NCBI GenBank assembly: GCA_031409655.1
Contig: JANNXQ010000078.1
Span: 32,001 to 96,000, forward strand
Reading direction: 5' to 3'
Origin: Chthoniobacteraceae bacterium
GTDB taxonomy: Bacteria; Verrucomicrobiota; Verrucomicrobiia; Chthoniobacterales; Chthoniobacteraceae
Length of the DNA: 64,000 bases
Positions 1 to 8,572 of this stretch are shown piece after piece. The translations under genes and the position numbers were made by a program. The first letter of the stretch is position 1; each line of letters begins with the position of its first letter. Below the pieces are notes generated by a model, which searched no databases, had not been told where the DNA came from, and saw only the letters and a list, made by a program, of their open reading frames with translations.

Positions 1-1
1 A

Positions 2-475
2 GCGCGGACCAAGCGACCCCGCGTGTTGAACTGGAAGGATATTTTTCGGCGCGCCGAAGTGATCGCCAAGGCAATGAAGGCAAAGGCGCGGAAAGTGCCG
101 GCCATCGCAAAACGCCCGAAAGGATCCCGCGACAAACTTTTCCTCCAGAATCTCGCGCGTGCCGATGAGTGGACGGATTTCGAACTCGTCCTCCGCACCC
201 TCGACGAACTCGGCGCCCGCCCGCTGATCCTCAGCATGCCCGTCCACGCCAGCGATCTGGAGGCGCTCGGAGTCTCCAAGGAAGCGCGCAGCGCCTACGA
301 GGAGCGGCTGCGGGCGCTGACCGCGGAGCACGACGCGCCGCTCGTTTATTTCAAAGCGAACGAAGACGACCCGGATTTCTTCTTCGACAACCTCGACCAC
401 CTCGGTGCGAAAGGCTGGATCTACTACAACAAGATGCTCGACGATTTCTTCCACGGACGATTAACGAACCTGTAG
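2..475 (+). CDS. dltD: DltD, D-alanyl transfer protein (C-terminal part; 5' end outside window)
   Basis: Open frame from base 2 to TAG at 473-475; 'EWTDFELVLRTLDELGARPL..MP' and 'FFFDNLDHLGAKGWIYYNKMLDDFF' resemble the DltD C-terminus (DxxHLGxxGW); adjacent to dltC/X/A/B. Confidence 0.85.
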   Translation, partial: ARTKRPRVLNWKDIFRRAEVIAKAMKAKARKVPAIAKRPKGSRDKLFLQNLARADEWTDFELVLRTLDELGARPLILSMPVHASDLEALGVSKEARSAYEERLRALTAEHDAPLVYFKANEDDPDFFFDNLDHLGAKGWIYYNKMLDDFFHGRLTNL

Positions 476-482
476 CCCGCTT

Positions 483-526
483 CCTCTTCCTCCATTCCGC
501 GCATCCAGAGGAGAGAGAGGAAGAGG
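483..526. repeat. Purine/pyrimidine inverted repeat (CCTCTTCCTC / GAGGAAGAGG) between dltD and dltC
   Basis: 10-bp perfect inverted repeat 483-492 / 517-526 with further GAGGAAGA copies. Confidence 0.55.
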
Positions 527-551
527 TAGATTAAGAGGAAGACCCCCAACA

Positions 552-803
552 ATGACCCCCACCGACTCCACCGAAAAAATCCTCACCGTCCTCGCCGACA
601 TCGCCGAGACCGACGAAGTGCGCACCAATCAGGAACTCGCGCTCTACGAGCTGCAGATCCTCGATTCCATGAAGACCGTGCAACTCATCGTGGCCCTCGG
701 ACAGGAACTGGGCGTGGAGATTTCGCCCGCTGAGTTTGAGCGCGAAAGCTGGGCCACGCCGCGCAAGCTGGTCGAGGATGTCCTCCGCCGGATGGCCGCG
801 TGA
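552..803 (+). CDS. dltC: D-alanyl carrier protein DltC
   Basis: 83 aa acidic carrier protein with phosphopantetheine site 'ILDSMKTVQL' and the DltC-typical 'ERESWATPRK'. Confidence 0.92.
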   Translation: MTPTDSTEKILTVLADIAETDEVRTNQELALYELQILDSMKTVQLIVALGQELGVEISPAEFERESWATPRKLVEDVLRRMAA

Positions 804-949
804 AGGCGCTCGAAGCCTGGCTGGAAGTCCATCCGCGGGCGCGCGCGGCGGTGCTGGTGACCTACTATCTGGCGATCGTGGCGGGCCTGATCGCGCTCTA
901 TGGACGAGGTGATTTCTCCACGCCGCCGTTTGTGTACCAGGAGTTTTGA
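800..949 (+). CDS. dltX: DltX small membrane protein (absent from the ORF track)
   Basis: GTG at 800 overlaps the dltC stop (GTGA); 49 aa MKALEAWLEVHPRARAAVLVTYYLAIVAGLIALYGRGDFSTPPFVYQEF, with one TM helix and a DltX-type C-terminal F-x-Y-x-E-F. Confidence 0.88.
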   Translation: MKALEAWLEVHPRARAAVLVTYYLAIVAGLIALYGRGDFSTPPFVYQEF

Positions 950-963
950 GGCGGGGAGAGAAT

Positions 964-1070
964 GAACATCGAACATCGAACATCGAACCCTGAACGTCGA
1001 ACCAACGCCGTCATCAGGCCGGCTGCCTTCCTTCGTTCGATGTTCGACGTTCGACGTTCGACGTTCGACG
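964..1070. repeat. Palindromic heptamer-repeat element (GAACATC)n ... (GTTCGAC)n
   Basis: About 5 tandem GAACRTC-like units at 964-998 and 5 GTTCGAY units at 1035-1069 in inverted orientation; same type as 16447-16558. Confidence 0.85.
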
Positions 1071-1099
1071 CTGGTTCCCCACGCGGCTGCTCCTAGCCC

Positions 1100-2557
1100 A
1101 TGCATCTCCTCGAACAAATCGACCTCTGGGCCCACCTCTGCCCCGACCGCCCCGCCCACATCAGCGGCACCCAGACCCTCACTTACGCCGAACTTCGCAC
1201 CCGCTCCGACACCGTGGCCGCCTGGCTCGACACGGAGCTGGGCGAGTGCCGCGCCCCCGTCGCCGTCCACGGGCACAAAGAGCCCGAGATGCTCATCGCC
1301 TTTCTCGGCGCGGTGAAGTCCGGCCGACCTTACGTGCCGATCGATATTTCCATCCCCGCCCAGCGCGTCGAGCGCATCGTCGCAAATGCCGTCGCCGCCG
1401 TGACGCTCACCCCGGCGCGCGTCGCGGAGATCATCGCCGGACCGCGCACCGCGCCGCAGCGCCACGTCCAGCGCGAGGATCCGTATTATATCCTCTTCAC
1501 CTCCGGCAGCACCGGTGAGCCCAAGGGCGTCGTGGTCACGCTCGGCAATCTCGAGCATTTCCTCTCCTGGATGCTGGCCGAGCAGCACTTCGAGCCGCAG
1601 ACCGAGACCTTCCTCAATCAAGCCCCCTTCTCCTTCGATCTCTCGGTGATGGATCTCTACCTGAGCCTCGTTACTGGCGGCACGCTCTTCAGCGTCACGA
1701 AGGAGCACGTCGCGAATCTCAAACAGCTCTACGAAGCCTTCCACGTTTCGCAGCTCACGACTTGGGTGTCCACGCCGTCCTTCGCCCAGATGTGTCTCAT
1801 CGAGCGCACCTTTGCCGAGCCCATGATCCCCACGCTCCAGCGTTTCCTCTTCTGCGGAGAAACGCTCGCGCCGGAGACCGCCTCGCAATTACTCGAACGT
1901 TTTCCGCGCGCTGAAATCTGGAACACCTACGGTCCCACCGAAGCGACCGTTGCCACCACCTCGGTGCGCGTCGATCGCCCTTTGCTGGAAAAGTGGTCGC
2001 CGCTGCCAGTGGGCAGCGCGATGCCCGGCACCCAGGTCGTGATCCTCGACGAGCAGCGCCAGCGCGTGGCGGAGGGTGAGCGCGGCGAGATTGTCATCGC
2101 CGGCGCGAATGTCAGCCCCGGCTACCTCGGCCGCCCCGATCTCACCGAGCGCGCTTTCTTTCAATATCAGAGCGCCCCGGCCTACCGCACCGGCGACTGG
2201 GGCCGCGAACGCGAAGGCCAGATCTTCTTCGAGGGCCGCATGGACGGCCAGGTGAAGGTGAACGGCTACCGCATCGAACTCGGCGACCTCGAAGCCAACC
2301 TGCGCGCCCTTCCCGAGATCGCCGACGCGGTGGTCCTGCCGGTGATGAAGCAGGAGCGCATCGACGCCCTCGCCGCCATCGTCGTGCTCGCCGTGGAAAA
2401 GACCGGCTCGGACTTTGAGTTTACCGCCAAACTCAAGACCCGCCTCGCCGAGCGGCTCCCTGCCTACATGGTCCCGCGGAAATTCCTCTACGTGGACGCC
2501 TTCCCCATGACCGCCAACGGCAAGGCCGACCGCCGCAAGCTGGCCGAACTCCTGTGA
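1100..2557 (+). CDS. dltA: D-alanine--D-alanyl carrier protein ligase DltA
   Basis: Adenylation domain with YILFTSGSTGEPKGV, NQAPFSFDLSVMDLY, WVSTPSF, FLFCGE, NTYGPTEAT, YRTGD and TANGKADR. Confidence 0.95.
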   Translation: MHLLEQIDLWAHLCPDRPAHISGTQTLTYAELRTRSDTVAAWLDTELGECRAPVAVHGHKEPEMLIAFLGAVKSGRPYVPIDISIPAQRVERIVANAVAAVTLTPARVAEIIAGPRTAPQRHVQREDPYYILFTSGSTGEPKGVVVTLGNLEHFLSWMLAEQHFEPQTETFLNQAPFSFDLSVMDLYLSLVTGGTLFSVTKEHVANLKQLYEAFHVSQLTTWVSTPSFAQMCLIERTFAEPMIPTLQRFLFCGETLAPETASQLLERFPRAEIWNTYGPTEATVATTSVRVDRPLLEKWSPLPVGSAMPGTQVVILDEQRQRVAEGERGEIVIAGANVSPGYLGRPDLTERAFFQYQSAPAYRTGDWGREREGQIFFEGRMDGQVKVNGYRIELGDLEANLRALPEIADAVVLPVMKQERIDALAAIVVLAVEKTGSDFEFTAKLKTRLAERLPAYMVPRKFLYVDAFPMTANGKADRRKLAELL

Positions 2558-2643
2558 GGCAGCACCGCTGTGAAGTCTGATCCGTGAACGGTGAATCGTG
2601 CTCGCCATCGCGGGCGCTTGCCTTCATTCACGGGCTTCCCTGA

Positions 2644-4122
2644 ATGACCCCGTTCGGCGATTTCATCTACTTCGGCCTGCTGCTTTACGCCGTCCTGCCG
2701 ACTGTCGCGCTCGGTCTTTGCGGCCGCGCCGGGCGCTGGTGGCTGCTCCTCGTCACCGTGGCGCTACTGGCGGTGCAATATGGCGGCGACCTCGCGATCC
2801 GACCCGGCCTCGAGGTCCGCGAGCTTTGGATCGTGCTTGGTTACGCGGCCTTTGAAGGTGCGGTCGCGTGGTGCTTCCTGAAGCGAAAATCGCGAGTCAT
2901 TTTCTGGCTCACGCTCGGGCTCACGCTCCTGCCGCTCGCCACGGCGAAAGTGCTGCCGCTGCTTTCTCCCGAGAGCGCCTTCGGTTTCCTCGGCATCTCC
3001 TACGTTACTTTCCGCGCGATCGATGTGGTCCTGTGCATCCAGGACGGCCTCATCAAATCCCTCTCGCCTGCGCAATACTTCGCCTACCTGCTCTTCTTCC
3101 CCACCATCTCTTCGGGACCGATCGACCGCTATCGCAGGTTTTCCCAGGACTGGATGCGCGATCGCACCCGTGCGGAGTTTCTCGACGACCTCGACTTCGC
3201 CATCGCGCGCATCTTTCGCGGCTTCCTTTATAAGTTCATCATCGCCGCACTGCTCCACGCGCACTGGGTCGCGCCGCTCGGAAAACAGACCACACTCCTC
3301 GCCAAGCTCGGCTTGATGTATGCCGACACTTTCTATCTTTTCTTCGACTTCGCTGGCTACAGCGCCTTTGCCATCGGCCTTTCCCGGCTCTTTGGCATCA
3401 GGACACCCGAAAATTTCAACGCGCCCTTTCTCTCCCGGAATATTCGCGACTTCTGGACGCGCTGGCACATCACCCTGTCCTTCTGGTTTCGGGATCACGT
3501 CTATATGCGCTTTCTCCTCGCCGCGGCGAAGGGGAAGTGGTTCACCGGAAAACACACCGCCAACTATCTCGGCCTCTTCCTTACTTTCGGTCTCATGGGC
3601 GTGTGGCACGGGCTTGAATTACGGTACATCCTCTACGGTCTCTACCATGCCGCGCTGCTCTCCGGTTACGATTGGTTTGCGCGCTGGAATAAGGAGCGCA
3701 AAGTCTGGGGCGACGGCCCCTGGTGGCGCGCGAGTAATGTGATCCTCACCTTTCACGCGTTTGCCTTCGGCATCGTACTCTTCAATGCCCGTCTCACTCC
3801 GCATGCACCGCCGCCGAACGAGGAGGTGGTGGAAAATGTGGACTGCCGCGAAGTCGTCGGTGTGCTTTGGGATCGCACGCAACCTAGCGAACAGCGGGAG
3901 GTGGACATCTACATTGACTCCTCCTGGGTCGCGCGGATCCGCAGCGACGACTTCCGCGCAGACCTCCGCGACCGTGGCATGGGCGAAGGCCGCCACGGCT
4001 TCCGCTTCGCCCTCCCCTCTTACGTGCGCGATGGCCACTCGCACACCATCGAGGTGCGTCTCGCGAGCTCGAACAAAGAGCTCCGCGGGTCCCCTGAGGT
4101 CGTGACCTGCGATCGGGAGTAG
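2644..4122 (+). CDS. dltB: DltB MBOAT D-alanyl transferase with a fused C-terminal domain of about 105 aa
   Basis: FLGISYVTFR, FFPTISSGPIDRYRRF, LFFDFAGYSAFAIG, DFWTRWHITLSFWFRDHVY and MGVWHG (catalytic His). Confidence 0.93.
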   Translation: MTPFGDFIYFGLLLYAVLPTVALGLCGRAGRWWLLLVTVALLAVQYGGDLAIRPGLEVRELWIVLGYAAFEGAVAWCFLKRKSRVIFWLTLGLTLLPLATAKVLPLLSPESAFGFLGISYVTFRAIDVVLCIQDGLIKSLSPAQYFAYLLFFPTISSGPIDRYRRFSQDWMRDRTRAEFLDDLDFAIARIFRGFLYKFIIAALLHAHWVAPLGKQTTLLAKLGLMYADTFYLFFDFAGYSAFAIGLSRLFGIRTPENFNAPFLSRNIRDFWTRWHITLSFWFRDHVYMRFLLAAAKGKWFTGKHTANYLGLFLTFGLMGVWHGLELRYILYGLYHAALLSGYDWFARWNKERKVWGDGPWWRASNVILTFHAFAFGIVLFNARLTPHAPPPNEEVVENVDCREVVGVLWDRTQPSEQREVDIYIDSSWVARIRSDDFRADLRDRGMGEGRHGFRFALPSYVRDGHSHTIEVRLASSNKELRGSPEVVTCDRE

Positions 4123-4210
4123 AGAAGACTAGACCGTGGCCAGTGCTTGGTTTCATCTGACTCGATAGTGACTGACCACTGAATACCGACTAATAGCCAC
4201 TGACCAACCC

Positions 4211-5146
4211 ATGGGACTGGAACTCAACACCGCACTTTTCCTCAAGCAAGCGCACGAAGACGGCTGCTCCTTCGAGCAGACGGCGACGCTCGGTCACCAG
4301 ACCTTCTTTATGCGCTGGGATGCGATGCAAAAGCACTTTCCTGCGCTCAATCCCAATGCCGGCTGGCGTTACGCGGACCCCTTCCTTGAGGCCGCCTTTG
4401 GGAGCAAGGAGGTGACCTCCTTCGATGCCTCGGACTTTGAGGGCGCGAGTGTCGTCCATGACATGAATCTGTCTGTCCCTTTGGAATGGCAGGCCCGCTT
4501 CGATGCCGTGATCGAGATGGGTTCGCTGGAGCACATCTTCAATTTTCCCGTCGCCATCCACAGCCTCATGCAGATGACGAAAGTCGGCGGCAGCCTTTTC
4601 ATCGTGACGCCGAGTAACAACTATCTCGGACACGGATTCTACCAGTTTGGTCCTGATCTCTTCCACCGACTGCTCTCTGCCGCGAATGGCTACAAGATCG
4701 AGCGATTCTACGGCTTCGAGCATCGTTACTTTGGCCCCGAGATGGGCCAGTGCGGCCCGTGGTACGAGGTGCTCGATCCGGCCCAAGTCCGCGAGCGTCC
4801 GATCGTCATCAGCGAAAATCCGATGCTGCTCATGATCCGTGCGCGTCGCGTCGAGGCGAAAACTGGGCCGCTCGTGATCCCGCAGCAGAGTGACTACTCC
4901 GCGATGTGGCAGCAAGCGGCGAGTGGCCCGACTCCGGTCGCAACGTCGCCATCCGTCCCTGGCTCCGATGGACTGAAGGCGGCTGCGCGGCGCATTCTCC
5001 AGACGAAGTTTGAAGGTCTTTATGGAAAGATCATGCACGAGCGTTTCCGTCGGCACCGTGAGGAGCAGCGTCAGACCGAGCACTCGCTCGCTGGCTCACG
5101 TTGCTTTAAGCGCACCGAGCTGCGCGGCGATTCCCCCGCGATGTAG
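4211..5146 (+). CDS. Putative class I SAM-dependent methyltransferase (type found in surface-glycan loci)
   Basis: 'SFDASDFEGASVVHDMN', 'FDAVIEMGSLEHIFN', 'TPSNNYLGHGFYQF'; co-oriented with the dlt operon. Confidence 0.65.
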   Translation: MGLELNTALFLKQAHEDGCSFEQTATLGHQTFFMRWDAMQKHFPALNPNAGWRYADPFLEAAFGSKEVTSFDASDFEGASVVHDMNLSVPLEWQARFDAVIEMGSLEHIFNFPVAIHSLMQMTKVGGSLFIVTPSNNYLGHGFYQFGPDLFHRLLSAANGYKIERFYGFEHRYFGPEMGQCGPWYEVLDPAQVRERPIVISENPMLLMIRARRVEAKTGPLVIPQQSDYSAMWQQAASGPTPVATSPSVPGSDGLKAAARRILQTKFEGLYGKIMHERFRRHREEQRQTEHSLAGSRCFKRTELRGDSPAM

Positions 5147-5151
5147 GCACG

Positions 5152-6429
5152 CTATTTTTCCCCGATGCACCAGAGATGCTGGTGGGTGCGGATGAAAAGA
5201 TCGCCATCGCTCACCGCGAGCGACGCGTTTGTCAGGCCATCGCCGAGGGCGTTGACGGCGAGCATTTCAAACTGCGGAGAAGCGCGGATGACGACCGTGT
5301 CGCTGCCCTGATTCAGGACGTAGAGGCGATCCCCAGCGAGGACCATGGAAGACCACGACTCCGACTTCGCACCACTGCCCTGCAGCCGCTCCTGCCACAC
5401 CGGTTTTCCAGTCCGCAATTCGAGGCACTGGGCGATGCCGTTGGAGTTCAGGATGTAAATGTGGCCGTCCTTGATGACCCCGGAGCCGATGCGTCCCTTA
5501 TCCCGCGGCTCCTGCCACAGACGATGCGTGTCGGTCACGTCGCTCTGCCCGCCAGTCCGCACGGCGACAGTGCTACCGCCATATCCACCCATGCCGACGA
5601 CGACCCCTTCACCATGAATCGGCGAAGTGTAGATGAGTGGATTCAAGCCCCGACAGAACCAGAGCAACTGGCCGGTCTTCGGATCATAACTGCGGATCTC
5701 CTGCGGGTAGCTCATCACCAACTCGGTGCGTCCCCCGGCATTGATGACCAATGGTACGCTCCACGATCCGACCACCCCGTCGGACTTCGCGCCGAAACCA
5801 TCGTTGCGCGGCATGGTGATCTCGATTTTCGGGAAGTCCTCGCGCCAGGCGTCCCGTCCCGTGCGTTTGTCCACCGCGAGGAGGAAAGTTCGGGGGCCAG
5901 GCCCGAAGTTTAGAAAACAAAGATCACCCTCCAGCACCGGACTCGCCGAGTAACCCCATTCGTGCCGATGTTCGCCAAGATCACGATGCCAGATTTGCCG
6001 GCCATTACTATCGAAGCAGAAAAGTCCAGCCGAGCCGAACCACGCGACGACGCGTTCTCCATCGGTCACCGGCGATGCTGAGCAATAGGGATTCGTCGCG
6101 TGGCTTGGTTCCTTGGCGACACCTTTTGCGCCAGCCCGCCAGAGTTCCTTCCCGTCCGCACGCGAGTAACAGATGACCAGGCGATCGTCGCCCACGGCCT
6201 GCGTGAGGAAGACGCGGTCGCCCCAGACGATCGGCGTGGAGTTACCCCGTTCGGGCAGCGCGACTTTCCATTTCACATTTTCCGTGGCGCTCCATTTCAG
6301 TGGGATCTCGGTCTCCGTGCTGATCCCCCCTCCTCCCGCCCCTCGCCAGGCCGGCCAAGGTGCCGCGAGGGCTGTGCTGCAAGCTGCAACGAAAATAGAA
6401 ACTACAATCGCACGGAGGAAAAGGAACAT
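5152..6429 (-). CDS. Secreted PQQ-like (BamB family) beta-propeller protein
   Basis: Signal peptide, 'WPAWRG', 'NSTPIVWGDRVF', repeated 'SASPV' and G-W propeller motifs. Confidence 0.85.
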   Translation of the reverse strand: MFLFLRAIVVSIFVAACSTALAAPWPAWRGAGGGGISTETEIPLKWSATENVKWKVALPERGNSTPIVWGDRVFLTQAVGDDRLVICYSRADGKELWRAGAKGVAKEPSHATNPYCSASPVTDGERVVAWFGSAGLFCFDSNGRQIWHRDLGEHRHEWGYSASPVLEGDLCFLNFGPGPRTFLLAVDKRTGRDAWREDFPKIEITMPRNDGFGAKSDGVVGSWSVPLVINAGGRTELVMSYPQEIRSYDPKTGQLLWFCRGLNPLIYTSPIHGEGVVVGMGGYGGSTVAVRTGGQSDVTDTHRLWQEPRDKGRIGSGVIKDGHIYILNSNGIAQCLELRTGKPVWQERLQGSGAKSESWSSMVLAGDRLYVLNQGSDTVVIRASPQFEMLAVNALGDGLTNASLAVSDGDLFIRTHQHLWCIGEK

Positions 6430-6459
6430 AGGGAATAACTAACTATGCACTGACTTAAG

Positions 6460-6741
6460 CTAACTCGGAGTAACCTGCGGCCGGAAGAACACAGCGACAT
6501 GACCCACTTGCTGGACTAACTCACTTTCCGTGCGCGCCGCGATCTGTGCGGCCAGGGTCTTCCGCTCTTCCTTAAAGTCCGTGAACTTCATTTTGACCAA
6601 GCCATGCAGGGCAAGCGCCTCCGACATGGATCGGACAAAACTCTCGGTCATGCCCGCGTGCCCTAGTTTCACAGCCGGTTCAAGTTTCTGCGCGCGCGCT
6701 TTCAGATCACGCTTGGCGGCGTTGGTCAGCGGTAAGTTCAT
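6460..6741 (-). CDS. yhbY: YhbY/CRM-domain RNA-binding protein
   Basis: 'LTNAAKRDLKARAQKLEPAVKLGHAG...HGLVKMKF...QQVGHVAVFFR'; ATG at 6741 overlaps the msrA stop. Confidence 0.88.
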   Translation of the reverse strand: MNLPLTNAAKRDLKARAQKLEPAVKLGHAGMTESFVRSMSEALALHGLVKMKFTDFKEERKTLAAQIAARTESELVQQVGHVAVFFRPQVTPS

Positions 6742-7427
6742 TCGTCCTCCTTCAGTTTCCCTTTTTGAATCAGACTTCGCAGCTTCGGAGTAATAACCGC
6801 ACTGCAATAAGGATTCCGATCCTTGTTTAGGTTGTAGTAGTTCTGGTGGTAACCCTCACCGGCATAGAAAATTTTCAATGGCACGATCTCGGTTACGATT
6901 GGCTCGGGAAAATCTTTTTGCGCTGCGGCCTTGGATTGTTCCGCCGCGGCCTTCTGCGCCTCATTTTCGTAAAGGATGATCGAGCGATACTGTGGCCCCG
7001 CATCGTTCCCTTGGATGGCCGTTCCCTTGGGCAGCATCTTACCATGGGCGAAGGTGTCCTTTTTCAGCACGCTGGTGGGATCATGGGCTGCCCAAAAAAT
7101 CTCAAACAATTGGAGGAGCGGTAGTTTAGCGGGGTCAAATTCGATCTGCACGACCTCCGCATGTCCGGTCGTCATTTCGCACACTGCTTCATACGTCGGG
7201 TTTTCCACATGGCCGCCGGCATAGCCCGAGACGACCCTTTTCACTCCGTCCAGGCGCTGGAAGACGGCCTCCAGGCACCAAAAACAACCTCCACCAAAAG
7301 TGAGACGTTCGGTTCCGGCAGAGGAGGATGGTTTTTCGGGCATAGGTTTATTTTCAGCGGAGCCTGCTGAATGGGCGAGGGCTGAGAGAAAGAGGAAGGA
7401 GAGGATGGCGGATTTCACGAGGATCAT
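6738..7427 (-). CDS. msrA: Peptide methionine sulfoxide reductase A, probably exported
   Basis: GGCFWC active site, SGYAGG, TGHAEVVQ, QYRS, YHQNYY; signal-peptide-like N-terminus from ATG 7427. Confidence 0.92.
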   Translation of the reverse strand: MILVKSAILSFLFLSALAHSAGSAENKPMPEKPSSSAGTERLTFGGGCFWCLEAVFQRLDGVKRVVSGYAGGHVENPTYEAVCEMTTGHAEVVQIEFDPAKLPLLQLFEIFWAAHDPTSVLKKDTFAHGKMLPKGTAIQGNDAGPQYRSIILYENEAQKAAAEQSKAAAQKDFPEPIVTEIVPLKIFYAGEGYHQNYYNLNKDRNPYCSAVITPKLRSLIQKGKLKEDE

Positions 7428-7482
7428 TCTTGGCACAAGGATGGGAGGCAGCAATGGCCCACTCATTCCCAGATTGGAACGG

Positions 7483-8484
7483 CTACGCGCTGGCGCGGAT
7501 ATTAGCCCAGACGTGGACGTGCGGAGAACCGCGGAAGTACCAGACCATGTTCGGGCCTTCGAGTTGCCAGACGTCCCAGATGCCGTCGTTGCCGAGGTCG
7601 CCATTTTTGTAGAAGGCCATGTGCAGTTTATCGAAGCCTGCGGCGTCGATGTATTTCAGGGCTTCGTCGGCATCGGCTTTGCGGAACGGGGCGAGGAGAT
7701 CGCCCATGACTTTGCGCACCTGGGCTTTTTGGTCAGAGGAAAGATCGGCGATGGCGATGCCGGAGAGAGCGGCAGAGGCACCCTTCAGTTTGACAGTTTC
7801 GCTTCCTTGTTCCATGCGGCCTTTGTCGCGCAACGCGCGCTCGCGTTGTTTGCCGTCGAGCATTTGGAAGACTTCGTTCGCGCGCTTGGCTTGATACCAA
7901 TAGACATTCCCGGGGTGGTCGGGTTTTTCGTTAAAGCCTTCGGCAGCGTGGCCGTAGAAGATCGGGCCACCGAAGGCTGCTCCCTCCGTGGAGTCACCGT
8001 CACAGCGTCGCGTACAATGGCGACCTGTAAGCACGAACTCAAACTTGCCGGTGTCCGGTTCGCCGAAGAGGGCAATCGACGAGTCGCCAAAGCCCGCTTT
8101 TCCGCTGTCATGCTGCACCTGTTTATAGACGGTTTCGGCGTATTCGGGTGAGTGCAGCCCGAGGAAGATTTCCTTCACCATCTGGTTTTGATCGGCGGTG
8201 AGAAAGGCGCCGATGTGGGGCTCGGTCACGTGCCAGTTGTTATCCACTTCGGTGCGCAACGGATTGTCCCAGGCGAAGCAGAGGGCTTTCCGCTGAGCAT
8301 CGGTAAAGGACTTGTAGAGCGTCGCCACGAGGGTTTCGGATTTTGCACTGGTCGCCGCGCGAGCGGAGGACGGGAGGAGGAGGCCGGAGGCGGTGACCGC
8401 GGCAGCGGCGGCGAGGGACGTTTTTAGGAATTCGCGACGGGAGGGCGTGGCGCAGTCGGGGCAGAATGAATATGGGGAGTTCAT
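7483..8484 (-). CDS. Tat-exported DUF3500-like protein
   Basis: Tat motif SRREFLK; 'GRHCTRRCDGD..FGGPIFYG' and 'WQLEGPNMVWYFRGSPHVHVW'. Confidence 0.7.
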   Translation of the reverse strand: MNSPYSFCPDCATPSRREFLKTSLAAAAAVTASGLLLPSSARAATSAKSETLVATLYKSFTDAQRKALCFAWDNPLRTEVDNNWHVTEPHIGAFLTADQNQMVKEIFLGLHSPEYAETVYKQVQHDSGKAGFGDSSIALFGEPDTGKFEFVLTGRHCTRRCDGDSTEGAAFGGPIFYGHAAEGFNEKPDHPGNVYWYQAKRANEVFQMLDGKQRERALRDKGRMEQGSETVKLKGASAALSGIAIADLSSDQKAQVRKVMGDLLAPFRKADADEALKYIDAAGFDKLHMAFYKNGDLGNDGIWDVWQLEGPNMVWYFRGSPHVHVWANIRASA

Positions 8485-8572
8485 GGCGAAAATGATACGT
8501 CGCGATGGCCACCACGCCAGCTTTCATCGTGAGGCGACCAACGAACGCTCACTCGTTGCCTGCAACGCTCCG

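Noticed and set aside
964..1070. CRISPR array
   Set aside because: Units are 7-nt tandem repeats in inverted arrangement, not 23-47-nt direct repeats with spacers; no cas genes in the window.
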